Shown: positions 13,901-27,560, counted from the whole stretch's first letter. The stretch: 63,976 nucleotides of DNA, filler included, from Hausera hauseri (GCA_046269625.1; 12 parts of 12 records of this genome joined end to end with filler, not necessarily neighbours in it), one strand, 5' to 3'. The notes: generated from the letters alone by a model not told the origin. A program made the numbers and translations.

Positions 13901-14853
13901 CATGCCTTTTTCTTAACTATCCATTCAGGAAGCGGTGTGTAGGACATGCCTCTCATGGGAGAATACTTGTGCACATGCACAAGTAACCCCTTTATTGTTG
14001 CTAAAGTCCAACCGCACTTCTTGTCCTGGCTTTCTTCGGCTTCACGGATTAGCCTTGCATAGTCCTCTGTAATGAAATCCTTAATGTTAGAGGATTTCAA
14101 TAGTGGCCTGTTTTTTGTCTTGAAGGCTCTATTAGACAGCTCTCCTTTGACATTGCTGAAGGTGGATTTCAATATGAAGTTCATCTTAATGGCCTTTAGC
14201 TCCAACAATTTGCCCTGGAGAATTCCTGCTTCCTCTTCCCTTGAATATTCCAGGAAATCATGGAGCGATGTCTGTCCCACTGATGCTATGAAGTATCGCC
14301 GCACTTTGCTCTTCAGTGCATCTGCATCAACTGGCCGCTGTCTTTGGCTTTTTGATGGAGCATCTGCTGCTACTTCTGATAGGTGTTTTGGTCCGGCATC
14401 AGACATTGCTGATAAAGCAGTCTGTATAACTGGCTGTACTGCCAAAGCAGTATGCTGCTCATTAAATAGGACCTTCTTTGGCTTTAAATTGAAGTCTGTC
14501 AAATGGGCAATATGATATTTGTAAAACTGCATGTATTCTCCATCACATATAGCCTCACATCCAGGGCAAATATAATAGAGGACTCTATTGAATTTGTGTC
14601 GATAATAGCTCCTCATAGCATTGTGGCAATTCTGAGGGTTGTGTATTACACATGTGCAATACACATAAGAACTGCATCTTTGATTTTCCTTTGGCATGAA
14701 AGTCGTTATTGGCATATTCGTACTGAATATTTATTTTTTCGACTTGGTGAAGGAAATCAAGTACTGTTTATGGACATTGTAAAAGTCTTCATAATTGATT
14801 TGGCACACTACCTAACATGTATGGCATATATAATACTAAACTCTGTTGTACAT
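10975..14853 (-). pseudogene. Polinton/Maverick-type pPolB, copy 1 (N-terminal Zn fingers, EndoVII-like insert, exonuclease, polymerase); fragmented, 3'-truncated
   Basis: VVYCDFEA (Exo I), HNLSGY, RKGVFPYDY, YLDANNLY (motif A), [11 protein letters not shown] (motif B), YMDTDS (motif C) across ORFs 13783..14715, 12922..13740, 12610..12837, 12181..12498, 11139..12121, 10916..11134. Confidence 0.92.
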
Positions 14854-14859
14854 ATAGCC

Positions 14860-15632
14860 AAAGTACTTCTTCATAACACTGTGACAATTTTCAGACTCGT
14901 GGATTTGAGCCAAATATTCGCTGTAAAGTTTGCACATCTAAAATCAATTAATTATTTGAGGAGCACAATTAAAAAACTGACCATTCTTTAAAGTGATTTT
15001 GGAAATAATGAACAATATTGCCACATCACCATGTACTGCCTCGCTTATTGATTGGTTTTAATGCGCTTTTGTTTTAATGCATCAAATAAATTAAATAGAA
15101 GGCAGCGCCAAATTTAAGGTTTTCGACCATGAAAAATCGAACGACGTCATTAGATTCTTCAAATAATGCATGCTTGACCGAATATTCGAGTTACAATAGC
15201 TACGTATTCGACTTGTAAGTTCGAATTCGAATATATAACATCATATTCCGATTCAACACACATGACTTCCTATCAAGTCCCGCTATTAGATTTATTGATT
15301 TCCGCTTCACTGGGCTTTAAATGCACATTTTGCTTAATTCGGAATATTTATTTTATATTTATATAGTACATTTTCATGGAATAATTTTTATTTATGAGGG
15401 GGTTTTCGTATATGGGGAATCGATTGACGTTGTTAGATTTTTCGAATAGTTCGATATTCGATATTGGGGCCAAAAAATTTTCGAATTTCGAAAATTCGAC
15501 TCGAGATTCGAGATAGTCATGCTCGATTTCCTATCTGTCTCCGCTAATTATAATATCGAATTTTGCTTCCTTGGAGCCTAAAAAGCCTATGAGGAGTATG
15601 TCATAGTTGCACTTTGGATCGATATTATTGGA
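14860..15632 (-). repeat. Conserved non-coding 5' flank of the pPolB element family
   Basis: Homologous in reverse to ~17250-17775 and ~22740-23165 (e.g. CGATTCCCCATATAxGAAAACCCC, GCTCCTCAAATAATT); TTCGAA-rich. Confidence 0.75.
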
Positions 15633-15899
15633 NNNNNNNNNNNNNNNNNNNNNNNNNNNNNNNNNNNNNNNNNNNNTTAATTAATTAANNNNNNNNNNNN
15701 NNNNNNNNNNNNNNNNNNNNNNNNNNNNNNNNAAAAAGGAAGCAGAAAATATAAGTCCAATAAGGAAATTAATCCCTTGCAGTTTTCGTCTCAATTCATC
15801 ATATATGCGTTTAATGAAGAGAGATCTGATAATCAATTCAATATACTCTTGTCTGCTAATTATTCTGGTTTCTGTCAGTTCTTGGCATGACTTTCTTCA

Positions 15900-16395
15900 G
15901 CCCCAGTTACCAATTTTAATTACTCTTCATCCTGAGGCTTGCAAAATGGGTTTGCTTTTTGTTTTCAAGGCCCTTTTAGACAATTCACCTTTTCAAAGTT
16001 GGCCTTTAGAATAAGGTTTACTTTCAGGGCATTGAGTTCTACTAAGCTTTAATTTAATGCGGTGGTTGCATCCGTTTTTCAGTACTTTAAATACTCAGGC
16101 AGGCTCCTCTGACCGGTGGCGGGATGAAGTGGGTAATCATTTTTCTGTTAAAGGCTTCCTTACCCACTGCTATTGACCTTTTTTTTGATTGCTGAGCAGG
16201 AAGTTGTTGGCGTCGTTTACCACCACCAACTCGACTGATTATTGATTTACTCTGTTCATCAATGTCATTTCTGTTGGTGGAAAAAATTGTCTTTTCGGAT
16301 TTTATAAATGATTTGAGGTGGTGATAGTGCTGATTGTAAAAGTCCGGGTATAGTAAACTCGAGACTGATTCACAAATGGGCATATGTAGTATATT
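15900..16395 (-). pseudogene. pPolB N-terminal fragment (copy 4), head-to-head with copy 2
   Basis: YYICPICESVSSLLYPDFYNQHYHHL Zn-finger unit and VELNALKVNL...GELSKRALKTK, matching LELKAIKMNF...GELSNRAFKTK of copy 1. Confidence 0.7.
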
Positions 16396-16539
16396 AGTAA
16401 GGGAAAATGCGAAGTCTGCCTCACCCCGGGGGATGTGAGAATCGATAAATCAATTTGCACATGGGCCAATCGATAGTAAACAAAGTGCAGTGTCGATCTG
16501 TAATGTGCTAGGCGATGGTGCCGCTAGTCACCGTTGCTA

Positions 16540-17330
16540 TTCACATTTTTGCATATTTCACAAATCGATCGCTGCACAGTGCAATATTAATCGAATCGAT
16601 CGGGATAAAGTTCTAATCGATAGTGCACATAAGTGCACATCGATTAGTGCACAGTGCAGGTGTGCAGCACATGCGCAAGTGTGCAAAAATCAATAATATG
16701 GAATTTCCGATAATCCTAATATTGATAATTGGGGCACGGCACCGGGTGCAATCGAAAGCACATATGATGGACTGTGTGAATGTGCAATTAGGATCTAAAT
16801 ATATTGATTGGATTTCGAACAACTGCCAACTTAGGCAGATTTCCCATAGGCCTTTCCGCTATAAATTAAAAATCAATAATATTAATATGGCGTATATACT
16901 GGCAGGTGCAGTACTTGATGTACTATCGTTTTGTAAAATACTCGAGTCAGGTGTGCTCTTGGATACGGTTGATAAAGCACTTTTTCACTTCTCACATATT
17001 TGTCACTGCGCAGCGTAGGATTAATGGAATTGATTGTGGTAAAGGGCAGGTAGACAGGGCACCTCGAGACATAGCTCGCCATATACTATGCAGTGCAAAA
17101 GTACATGTGCAAGTGTTCAAAAAATAAATAGTATCGGTTTTCCGATATTTCAAATATTGATGATTAGAACATGTGACTGGGTGAATTCGAACACAAACAT
17201 GGTGCAGTATATGAATGTGCAGTTAGAATTTGAATTTATCGACTAGTTTTCAAATAATATCGATCCAAAATGCATCTGCGGCAGACTTTCCATAGGTTTT
17301 ATTTGCCCCTATCACTCAAAATTCGATATT
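16540..17330. repeat. Diverged ~430-bp tandem duplication (GTGCA/ATCGAT-rich) in the pPolB 5' flank
   Basis: ACATG(C/T)GCAAGTGT(G/T)CAAAAA...TTCCGATA...GAATGTGCA(A/G)TTAG...GGCAGA(T/C)TT(C/T)CCATAGG occurs at ~16670-16850 and ~17103-17297. Confidence 0.7.
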
Positions 17331-17774
17331 ATAATTAGAGTGGACAGAGAGGAAGTCGAGTAGGAGATCTGCTATCTCAAGTCAGATATTCGAAATTCGA
17401 ATATTTTTTAGCGCGAATATTGAAGTTCGAAATATTCGAAAAATCTAACAGCGGCAATCGATTCCCCATATATGAAAACCCCTTTTACATAAAAAGTATT
17501 ATTGAAAATATACTCTATAGGTACAAAATCAATATTTTAAATTAAGCAAAACGTGATTTAAACCTCAGTGAAGCAAATATCGATAAATGTATAAGCAGGT
17601 ACAGATAGGAAATCATGTATATTGAACTGGAATATTATGTTAGATAATCGAATTCGAGCTTACAAGTCGAATACTTAGTTATTCGAACTCTAAAACTCGG
17701 TCAACCATGCATTGTTCGAAGGATCTAATGACGCCATTAGAATCCGCATGGTCGAAAGCATTAAATTTGGCGCC

Positions 17775-20700
17775 ACTGTCACAATACCATAAGGACCTAT
17801 TATGGCCACAAATTTAATAGGATCATTTATTATATCTGCCCAGGATGTGGGACTGTATGTGATGGAGAACACATAAAATTTTATGAAGATCACAAACATC
17901 ATTTGACTGACTTCACATCAAAGTCAAAGAAGATCATCTTTAATGAATATAAGCCTGCAGAAGTTCCACAGCCAGATGCAGCAGTATAGCCAGATTCAGG
18001 ACTAAAACGCACATCAGACCCATCAGGCGCATCAGGCGTAGAGACTCCATCAAAAAGCCAAAGATATAGGCCAGTTAATGCTGCAGAATTAAAGAGGAAA
18101 TGCCGCAAATATTTCATTGATGCAACTGCTCAAGCAACAATCAAGGAGTTCCTGGAGTACAGAGAGGAAGAAACAGTGGGAATTCTCCAGGACAACATAG
18201 CTAAGGTCAAGGACATTAAGGCTAATATGAAATTTGAGGTCATATACGTCAATGTTAATGACGAAGAGTCCAAAAGTGCATTAATGACCAGAAATAGGTC
18301 CTATTTTGAAGCCACCAATATAGTAGAATGGCTGCATGAAGAGTATGCGAAGCTGATCCGTGAAGCCGATGAGAGCCACAGTAAGAAGAGTGGATGGACT
18401 CTTGCAGCCATCAAGAGATTGCGTGTGTATGTGCACAGATTCTCTCCCATGCGGGGTAGTTCATATATTCTACCCTGATTGGATCGCTAATAAAAAAGCA
18501 TATGCCAGTGTCCATAATAATGACAACATGTGTTTTATGTATGCCATTCTATCAAATCTCGTGCCTGATCAACATAATGCTTCACGAGTTTGGCAATATC
18601 AGGATGTGCAGCACAATTAGACTTCCAATGTATCACATTCCCTCCATCCTTAGATGAAATTAAAAAGTTCAGCCGAATCAACAGCATATCAACCCACATC
18701 TTTGGATTGGATGAGGAGGACAAATTCTATCCCATGTAGATATATAATAATGAATTGGAAGATCGTAGGGATCTGCGCCTACTAGATTATGGGGAAAAGA
18801 AACATTATGTTTGGATCAAGAACTTTGAACGTCTAGTAAGATCCAAATTAACGAATCATTATGGCAAAATTGAGATATGTAAGCCATGCCTGTCTCATTT
18901 CAGTCTCAAGCTTGCAGAGCACAAGATGTACTGTAGCAACAATTATTGCGTAAGGCCAGAATTTCCCAAGGAGGATTACATTGAATTCAAGGAGTTTGAG
19001 AAGAAGATCAAGGTACCAATAGTTATCTATTGCGATTTTGAAGCGATTCTGCGTACAGTTCACAGCTGCACTCACAGTCCCGAACATAGCAGCACAACGG
19101 CATACCAATATAATGAACTCTCATCGTATTGCTTGTATGCAATAGGACTGGACTGTGAACCATTTCTATTCAGAGGACCAGGTACAGCAGCACATTTCAT
19201 GAAACGACTTGAAGGCATGACTCATAAGCTTGAAAACATGCTTCAGCAGCATAAGGATACAATGAGCATGTCGTAGAAACAAGAAGATAAATGACGCAAG
19301 GCAGCAACATGTTAATTGTCCTTCACCAAGGAAAATTATAAAGTTAAGGATCACTGCAATCTGCGTTGCAAAAAATGCACATACGTGCCTGTAGTGTTCC
19401 ACAATCTCAGTGGCTATGATTCCCATTTCATAGTACGAGAACTAGGCAACATTGATGGTAATATATATGTAATCCCAAACAATGAGGAGAAATATATCAC
19501 CTTCACTAAGCATGTTGGGAAAATCCGACTTCGATTCATAAACAGCTTTCATTTTGTGTCGTCTTAATTGGACGGTTTAGTGAAGAACCTCCCTGCAAAA
19601 GAACTCAAGTATATGAAGCGGTTCTACCCCACTACATTTGACCTCGTCAAGAGGAAAGGCGTGTTTCCTTATGACTACATAACTTCATGGGAAACACTGG
19701 ATGAGATATCATTGTCGACCAATAAGGACTTTTACAATATCCTCTCTGATTGCAATATCAGTGATGCTGACTACCATTATGCCCAGAACGTCTGGAATGC
19801 ATTGCAATGCCGAACATTAGGGGAATACGGCAGCATATACCTTAATATGGACGCGCTGCTACTGACAGATGTCTTTCAGAGTTTCAGGGATGTTACAATG
19901 AAGAACCATACATTGGATCCTACTCATTTCTTTACGGTTCCAGAGATGAGTTGGGCAGTTATGTTGAGATATAGTGGTATTAGGCTGCAGATCATTAATG
20001 ATTATGATATGATCCTTATGATCGAAAAAGTTATTAGAGGCGGAATATGCCAGGTCATTCACCGGTAGAGTGAGGTCAACAACAAGTATATGGCTCAGTA
20101 TGATCCATCCCAGGAATCCTCATACATATCATACCTGGATGCCAGCAACTTGTATGGATGGGCAATGAACGCCCCATTGCCATATTATAACTTCAAATGG
20201 GTCGAGAATCTTGAAAACATCCCTATATTGCACCTAGATCTCACTGGTGATACGAAATACATACTGTAGGTAGATATGGAATATCCGGCTTTGATCCACG
20301 CAAGGCAACAACAGCTGCCTTTCCTCTCTGAGAGCAGGCCTCCGCCCCATGGAAAGCAGAGAAAGCTGCTCTGCCATCTTGGTAGTAGGGAGAGGTATGT
20401 TATCCACTACATCAATCTCCAGCAGGAAGTTGGACATGTACTTCGTATTACTAAGATTTATAGAGCCCTGCAGTTCAAGCGGTCCATGTGGTTGCAATCA
20501 TACATAGATCTCCATACGAAGCTGCGGACAAATGTCGAGAACGACTTTGAGAAAGATCATTTCAAACTATATAATAATAGCGTTTTTGGCAAGATCATGG
20601 AGAATATCCGCAACAGGATGAACATTGAGCTATTATGTGACTGGAAGAGGGCCAAGAAGCTCCGTTCTAATCCTAACTTCCATAGCAGCAACATATATAC

Positions 20701-21329
20701 TTAGAACTTGGTAGGCATCCATATGCTGAAAACAGCATTGGTATTCAACAAGCCCATATATGTTGGTATGGCAATATTGGATCTATCAAAGACCCGAATG
20801 TACAGATTCCATTACAATATAATAGTCCCCCAGTTCAAGTCCATGCAACTAATGTATAAAGGATACTGATAGTTTCATCTATGAGATCCATACTGAGGAT
20901 ATTTATGAGGACTTTGCCCAATTGGCTCAACACATAGATACCTTGGACTATCCAAAGGATTATCCCAACTATTAAATTGCCAACAAAAATGTCCTTGGGA
21001 AATTCAAAGACAAGGTAAATTGAGCAATCATCTCGCGATTTGTAGCGCTCAGATCTAAAATGTATGCCCTAGATGTATGTGGCCAGATCAAAAAAAGGGC
21101 CAAGGGCGTTCAAAGGGCTACCTCATTCAAGAAGATCAGTTTTCAGGACTATGTGACAGTTCTGCAGGATAAGACTCACATCATAGCTGAAATGAAAAGG
21201 ATACCATCTAGGGATCATAACATATAAACAGTAACTCGCCATAAGAAAAGCCTAGATTGGATGGATGACAAGAGGCAGATCCTCAGCGACGGAATCAATA
21301 CACTACCTCATGGACATGTGGCATTGTAA
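17775..21329 (+). pseudogene. pPolB copy 2, near full length, many stops and frameshifts
   Basis: [75 protein letters not shown]; stop 21327-21329; AATAAA ~30 nt downstream. Confidence 0.92.
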
Positions 21330-21543
21330 ATATTGTTATTCTTTGCTATTCTTTGTTTAATAAATGTTATATAGAAAGGTCGTGTTGTCTTCTTGATCAA
21401 ATAATATGGTATATAGGATAAGGCCAAGTAAAACTAAGTAACTACTATATAGGCTAAGACCAAGTAAGATCAATAAATTTGAAATTTGAATAAAAGTCAA
21501 TACAATGCGACATTTACTTGCATTAGTTTTTCATTATTTCTAA

Positions 21544-21744
21544 ATGTTGAAAACTTGTCCGATATGTTGGCAGCAGATGTTAGACAAAACCATGAGAATG
21601 GCAACATGCAACACACATACCTTGTGTATAGGATGTCTACAGAAATGGTCGTGCACCAAAATGTCGTGTCCTCTATGTACAAAAAAGTGCGAGTATGCGG
21701 TAGTCCAGGATGCTGCAGACCAGATCCTGTATGTAAATAGGTAG
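21544..21744 (+). CDS. Small RING-finger (C3HC4-like) protein in the pPolB element
   Basis: CPIC-x13-C-x2-H-x2-CIGC-x10-CPLC; frame stays open past the TAG to ~21830 with an acidic tail, then AATAAA. Confidence 0.75.
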   Translation: MLKTCPICWQQMLDKTMRMATCNTHTLCIGCLQKWSCTKMSCPLCTKKCEYAVVQDAADQILYVNR

Positions 21745-23167
21745 GGCTACTGATAAACCCCATACATGATTTCTTACCAGATACAGAACCTTACATTGAC
21801 AGTGATAGTGACTATATAGTTATTATGTGAATGTTATTTAATACATGTTTTTTTATTATATGCTTTATATCTTACAAATAAAAACCAACTAGTTTTCATA
21901 AAACATTTACTTCGTAACAACATAACTTTGACATAACACTAAACATTTTTTAAAAGCGCAGTATGAACCATGTTCACGAAAAATACAGGTAATATTCTTT
22001 GGTATAGCTTACAATTTACCACATTCGTACGTACATATTCGCAGTTCCGGAAATGCGCTATTAAACAACTTCTTTCTTCCATCAACATGATTTATGACAT
22101 AGAACATAGATTCATTTATATCACATATATTTCAAATATCTCGCATAATGCAATCTATGCAGAACTGGGTATTATATTCACCACACGTCAGTTTATGATG
22201 ATGTCGGGTCAGGTAAGAATTGGTTGCTTGAGCCTTGCTCGTGCAACAATGCAGTGTAAGCCTAAAAATATAGCATAAATCACATGTACTATACTAAATT
22301 CACTTACGCAAATANNNNNNNNNNNNNNNNNNNNNNNNNNNNNNNNNNNNNNNNNNNNTTAATTAATTAANNNNNNNNNNNNNNNNNNNNNNNNNNNNNN
22401 NNNNNNNNNNNNNNATAATAACGGTTTTTCGATAAAACCTATAAAGTTGATTTTAGCACACAAACGAGTGGAAATCGAAAAATGTAAAAGCGTACGCACA
22501 CAGAAACTAACATGTGCTGTATCCCATTATGACATCAGATATTCGAAAACTCGAATACAAATCGAACTTTTGGAACAATTGATTTTCTTTATGAATAAAA
22601 GCAAAAATCGAAAAATCTAAAAGCGTAGACGGATAGAAACCCATATATGGAGAATCCGAATATGATGTCAGACATTCGAAAAGAGGCTTAAATAAAAAGG
22701 CCGATTTTTCTATCGAATTTGAATATTCGAATAATACCATCGGATTTCCTATGTCCGAAAACCTCTGTAGACCAAAAATTGGGTGTGCAAAGTATACACA
22801 AGTGTATGGAAATGAATAAAATATTGAAAAATAGGATAGTATTCGGTAAAGCATGCATTATTGGAACAATCTGATCACGCCATTCGATTGAATGAAAACC
22901 TATTTGGTGCCGACATGCATTTAATTTATTTGATGCATTAAAACAAAGTGCTCTAGAATGTTCGAAAAAATCCATAAATAATGCAGTATGCATTGATATG
23001 GCCATATGTTTCATTATTTCCAAAATCACTTCCACGAATGGCGAGAATTTTATTTGTGCTCCTCAAATAATTGGTTGATTTTAAATGTGCAATGTATACA
23101 AACAGTGCTGGACTCAAATCTACGGCCCGAAAATTGCCACAATATTATGTAGAAATACTTCACCCGT

Positions 23168-26100
23168 CTATACAACAGGGCTGAGTATTATATATGCCCA
23201 ACATGTGAGGTAGTGTGCCAGACCAAATATGAAGACCTTTACAATGCCCATAAACAACACCTGATTCCCTTCACCAAGTCGAAAAAACCAAGTACCAATA
23301 TGACAATAACTACTTTCATGCCGAACCAAAATCAGAGATGCAATTCGTACGCGTATCGCATATGTGCAATCTACAACCCTCAGAACTGTCATAATGCCAA
23401 GAGAAGCTATTATGAATATAAATTCAATAGGATCCCTGATTGGATCGCTAATAACAAAGCATGTGTCAATGTACATAATATCGATAACATGTGTTTCATA
23501 TATGCCTCTCTATCAAAACTCGTAACAGATCAAAATCATGCTTCACGAGTTTGGCTATATAAGGATGCGCAAGACAACTATGACATCCAATGTATCCAGT
23601 TCCCTCCATCCATAGATGAAGTTAAAAAATTTGGAAAAGTCAACATGTCCATCAATATCTTGTGGTTGGAAGAAGATGATAAATTCTATCCCCTGCAGAT
23701 ATGCGATAATGAATTGGAAGATCATATGGATCTGCTCCTACTAGGCGATGGAGAAAAGAAACATTATGTTTGGATCAAAGACTTTGAGCGGCTAGACAGA
23801 TCACAAATTACGAAACATCATTGACAAATAGAAATATGTAAACGATGCTTGTCCCATTTCAGCTGCAAGTTAGCTGTGGAGAAGCTGAAGGAGCACAAGA
23901 TCTACTGCAGCAACAGTTATTGTACCAGGCGAGAATTTCCCAAGGAAGATTACATTGAATTTAAGGAGTTCGAGAAGAAGATCAAGGTCCCAATAATTAT
24001 CTGTTGCGACTTTGAAGCGATCCTGTGTCCAGTTCAGAGTTGCAGTTCTAATACCCAACATAGCAGCACAACGGTATACCAATATTATGAGCTCTCATCA
24101 TATTGCATGTATACCAAAGGACTGGACAGTGAATCATATCTATTCAGGAGTCCAGGCGCAGCAGCACATTTCATGAAACGACTTGAAGATATGGCTCATA
24201 GGCTTGGCGATATGCAGCAGCAGCATAAGGATACAATGAGCATATCGAAGAAGCAAGAAGAAAAATGGTGCAAGGCAACAGCATGTTACTTGTGCTCCAA
24301 ACCATTCACTAAGGAGAATCATAAAGTTAGGGATCATTGTCATTTTACAGGACATTATCGGGGCGCGGCATGCAACAATTGCAATCTGTGTTGCAAAACA
24401 TGTACATATGTGCCTGTAGTGTTCCATAATCTCAGTGGCTATGATTCCCACGTCATTGTTCGGGAAGTGGGTAGCATTGAAGGAAACAGTAAGGTGATCC
24501 CTAATTGTGAGGAGAAGTACATCACCTTTACAAAGCATGTTGGAAAAATCAGGCTTCACTTCGTAGACACTTTCCGTTTCATGTCGTCTTTACTTAAGGA
24601 GACGAAGCGGTTCTTTCCCACCGCATTTGACCTCGTCAAGTGGAAAGGCGTATTTTCCTAGGACTACATAACCTCGTAGAAAACACTGGATCAGACGTCA
24701 TTGCTGGTCCAGAAGGACTTTAATAATATCATCTCTGATTGCGATATTAGTGATGCTGAATACCAGCATGCTCAGAACGTCTGAGATGCATTCCAATGCA
24801 GAACATTAGGGAAATACAGAGATACATACCTCAAGACGGACGTGCTGCTGTTAACGGATGTATTTGAGAGTTTCAGGTATGCTACAATGAAGAGCCATGC
24901 GTTGGATTCGGCTCATTTCTTTACAGCTCTGGAGATGAGTTGGGCAGCTATGCTGCACTATACAGGTATTAGGCTGTAGATTATAAAGGATTACGACATG
25001 ATCCTCATTATTGAGAGAGGCATTAGAGACTAAATATGCCAGGCCATTCACCGGTGTAGCAAGGCCAACAACAAGTCTATGGCCCAGAATGATCCATCCA
25101 AAGAATCCTCATATGTATCATGTTAGTTTCTGTGTGTACGCTTTTACATTTATCGATTTCCACGTGCTTGTGTGCTAAAATCAACTTTATAGGTTTTATC
25201 GGAAAACCGTTATTATTGATTAAAGCACACTTGCACATGTGCGATACATCTGAAAAGTGCTACATTGATGTATTAAGGCATGGGAAATTGACTGGTGCTC
25301 TCAGATTTCTCAAAAAAATTATGGGTGTCAAGATAATCAATACTATTCGTTAAAAGTCGATATTTATTCGAGTTGTGCACCGAATTTCAGTAATCTGAGA
25401 TGGGAGACCCGGGTTACAATATGGCACTTTCTATCTGTTCCCGCTTAAACATTTGTCAAATTTTGACTCCTTGGGACCAAAAAAAACTATCGGAAGTCTG
25501 CACCAATTGCACTTTGGATCGATATTATTCAAAATCCACTTTATCAACTTAAATTCGAATTGCACATTCACATAGTGCATTGTATTTTCAATATATTGCA
25601 CCAGGTGCCATGTACTAATCATCAATATTGGCAATATGGAAAACCGATATTATTGATTTTTGCATACTTGCACATGTGCTGCGCACCTGCATAGTGCAGC
25701 AGTTGATGTGCACTAATGTATACTATCGATTAGTACTTTGTCCCGATCGATTCGACCGATTACGTAATGTGCAGCTATCGATTTGTGAAATGTGCAAAAG
25801 TGTGCTTAGCGCCCTATTGCCATATGATAAGTGCAAGTGGGTCGAGCATTTTGAAAACACCCTTATACTGGATCTGGGTCCTAGTGGACATACGCGATAC
25901 ATACTGCAGGTGGACATGGAATATCAGGCTTCTATACACACAAGGCATCAACAGATGCCTTTCCTCCCTGAGATCAAGCCTCCACCGCATGGAAAGCATT
26001 GAAAGCTGCTCTGACATCTGGATAGTAGGGAAAGGTATGCAGTCAACTAAATAAATCTCTTGCAAGCTGTTAGACATGGACTCCGCATTACTAAGATCCA

Positions 26101-26963
26101 CAGAGTCCTGCAGTTCAGCCAGTCAATGTGGCTGCGGCCCTACATAGGCCTCAATACAAAGCTGCGGACAAATGCCAAGAACGATTATGAGAAGGACCAG
26201 TTCAAGCTTTACAACAACGTTTTTGGCAAGACCATGGAGAATATTCGCAACAGGATCAAAATTGAACTGGCCTTTAAATGGAAGTGGGCAAAGAAGCTCA
26301 TTGCTAAGTCCAACTTCCACAGCAGCACCATATATGCTGAGAACTTGGTCAGCACCCATATTCTGAAAACATGGCTTTAGTTCAACAATCCCATATATGT
26401 TGGTATGGCAATATGGACCTGTCAAAGACCTCGATCTACAATTTCCACTATGACATTATGATCCCCAAATTCAAGTCCATACAGCTGATGTATATAGATA
26501 CTGATAATTTCATCTATCACATCCATACTGAGGACATTTATGAGGACTTTTCTAAGTTGGCACAGCATATGGATACGTCTGACTATCCAAAGGAGCATCC
26601 CAAATATTCAATTACCAACAAGAAAGTCCTTGGGAAATTCAAAGACGAAGTGAATGGGACAATCATCTCGAGATTTGTAGCTCTTAGGTCCAAAATGTAT
26701 GCAATTGATGTATGTGGTCAGATCAAAAAGAGAGCTAAGGACGTTCAAAGGACTACCTTAGTCAAGAAGATCACTTTTGCGGATTACGTAAGAGTTCTGC
26801 ATGAACAGACTCACATCATGTCAGAGATGCGAAGGATCCAGTCTAGGACAGTAACATTGAGACAGTAACATTACGGAAGAAGAGCCTAGATTGGATGGAC
26901 GACAAAAGGCTGATCCTGGGTTATTGAATAAACACACTACCTCACAGGCATGTGGAATTGTAA
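23168..26963 (+). pseudogene. pPolB copy 3, with an N-terminal in-frame deletion and an insertion replacing motif A
   Basis: CYLC...KVRDHCHFTGHYRGAACNNCNL (EndoVII/HNH-like), ICCDFEA, KLYNNVFGKT, YIDTDN, LRSKMY; stop 26961-26963. Confidence 0.92.
25121..25810 (-). repeat. Inverted copy of the element's own 5' flank inserted in pPolB copy 3
   Basis: 25121-25216 is the near reverse complement of 22415-22512; ~25500-25810 is the reverse complement of the 16540-16830 unit. Confidence 0.8.
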
Positions 26964-27159
26964 ATATGTAGATATTGTTATTCTTTGTTTAATAAATCTT
27001 GTATAGAAATATCGTGTTGTTTTCTTGATAAAGTAATGTGAAATATAGGATAAGGCCAAGTAAAACTAAGTAAATACTATGTAGGATCAGGCCAATTAAT
27101 TTTATAGCACATTTATTTCATAACAATATAACTTCGGCATAAAGCTAAACATTTTTGTA

Positions 27160-27560
27160 GTGCGTGTGTGTTTGTATGGGTAAAATGAAGTAACTTAGGA
27201 AAAGAATTGGCTTAAATATATGTCTCGTGTATGTGTTTTGTCTGTGTGTGTGGGTGGGTAAAATGCGAGTAATTTGAGAAATAAATGACTAAGAAATATG
27301 ACATATGAATGTGTTTGTGTGCGTGTGTGTGTGGGTAAAATGCGAGTAACTTGAGTAATGAATGATTAAGATATATATCTTGTGAGTGTGTTTGTGTGCG
27401 TGTGTGTGGCTAAAATACGAGTAACTTGAGAAATGAATGATTAAGATGTATGGTGTGCATGTGCGTGCCTGTGCTTGTAAAATGTAAGTAACCTGAGAAA
27501 ATGTATAACTCAGATATATGTTTGTGTATGTGCGCATGTGTGTAAAATACAAGTAATATT
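27160..27560. repeat. Minisatellite of ~55-60-bp units containing (TG)n
   Basis: About seven units of (TG)n-GGGTAAAATGCGAGTAACTTGAGAAATGAATGATTAAGAT. Confidence 0.85.

Noticed and set aside
14072-14991. Plus-strand ORFs opposite pPolB, and similar antisense ORFs over the LINEs and Gypsy elements
   Set aside because: Shadow frames of the coding strand with no independent motifs.
27160-27560. CRISPR-like array
   Set aside because: Repeats are degenerate, the intervening sequence is (TG)n rather than unique spacers, there are no cas genes and the context is eukaryotic.
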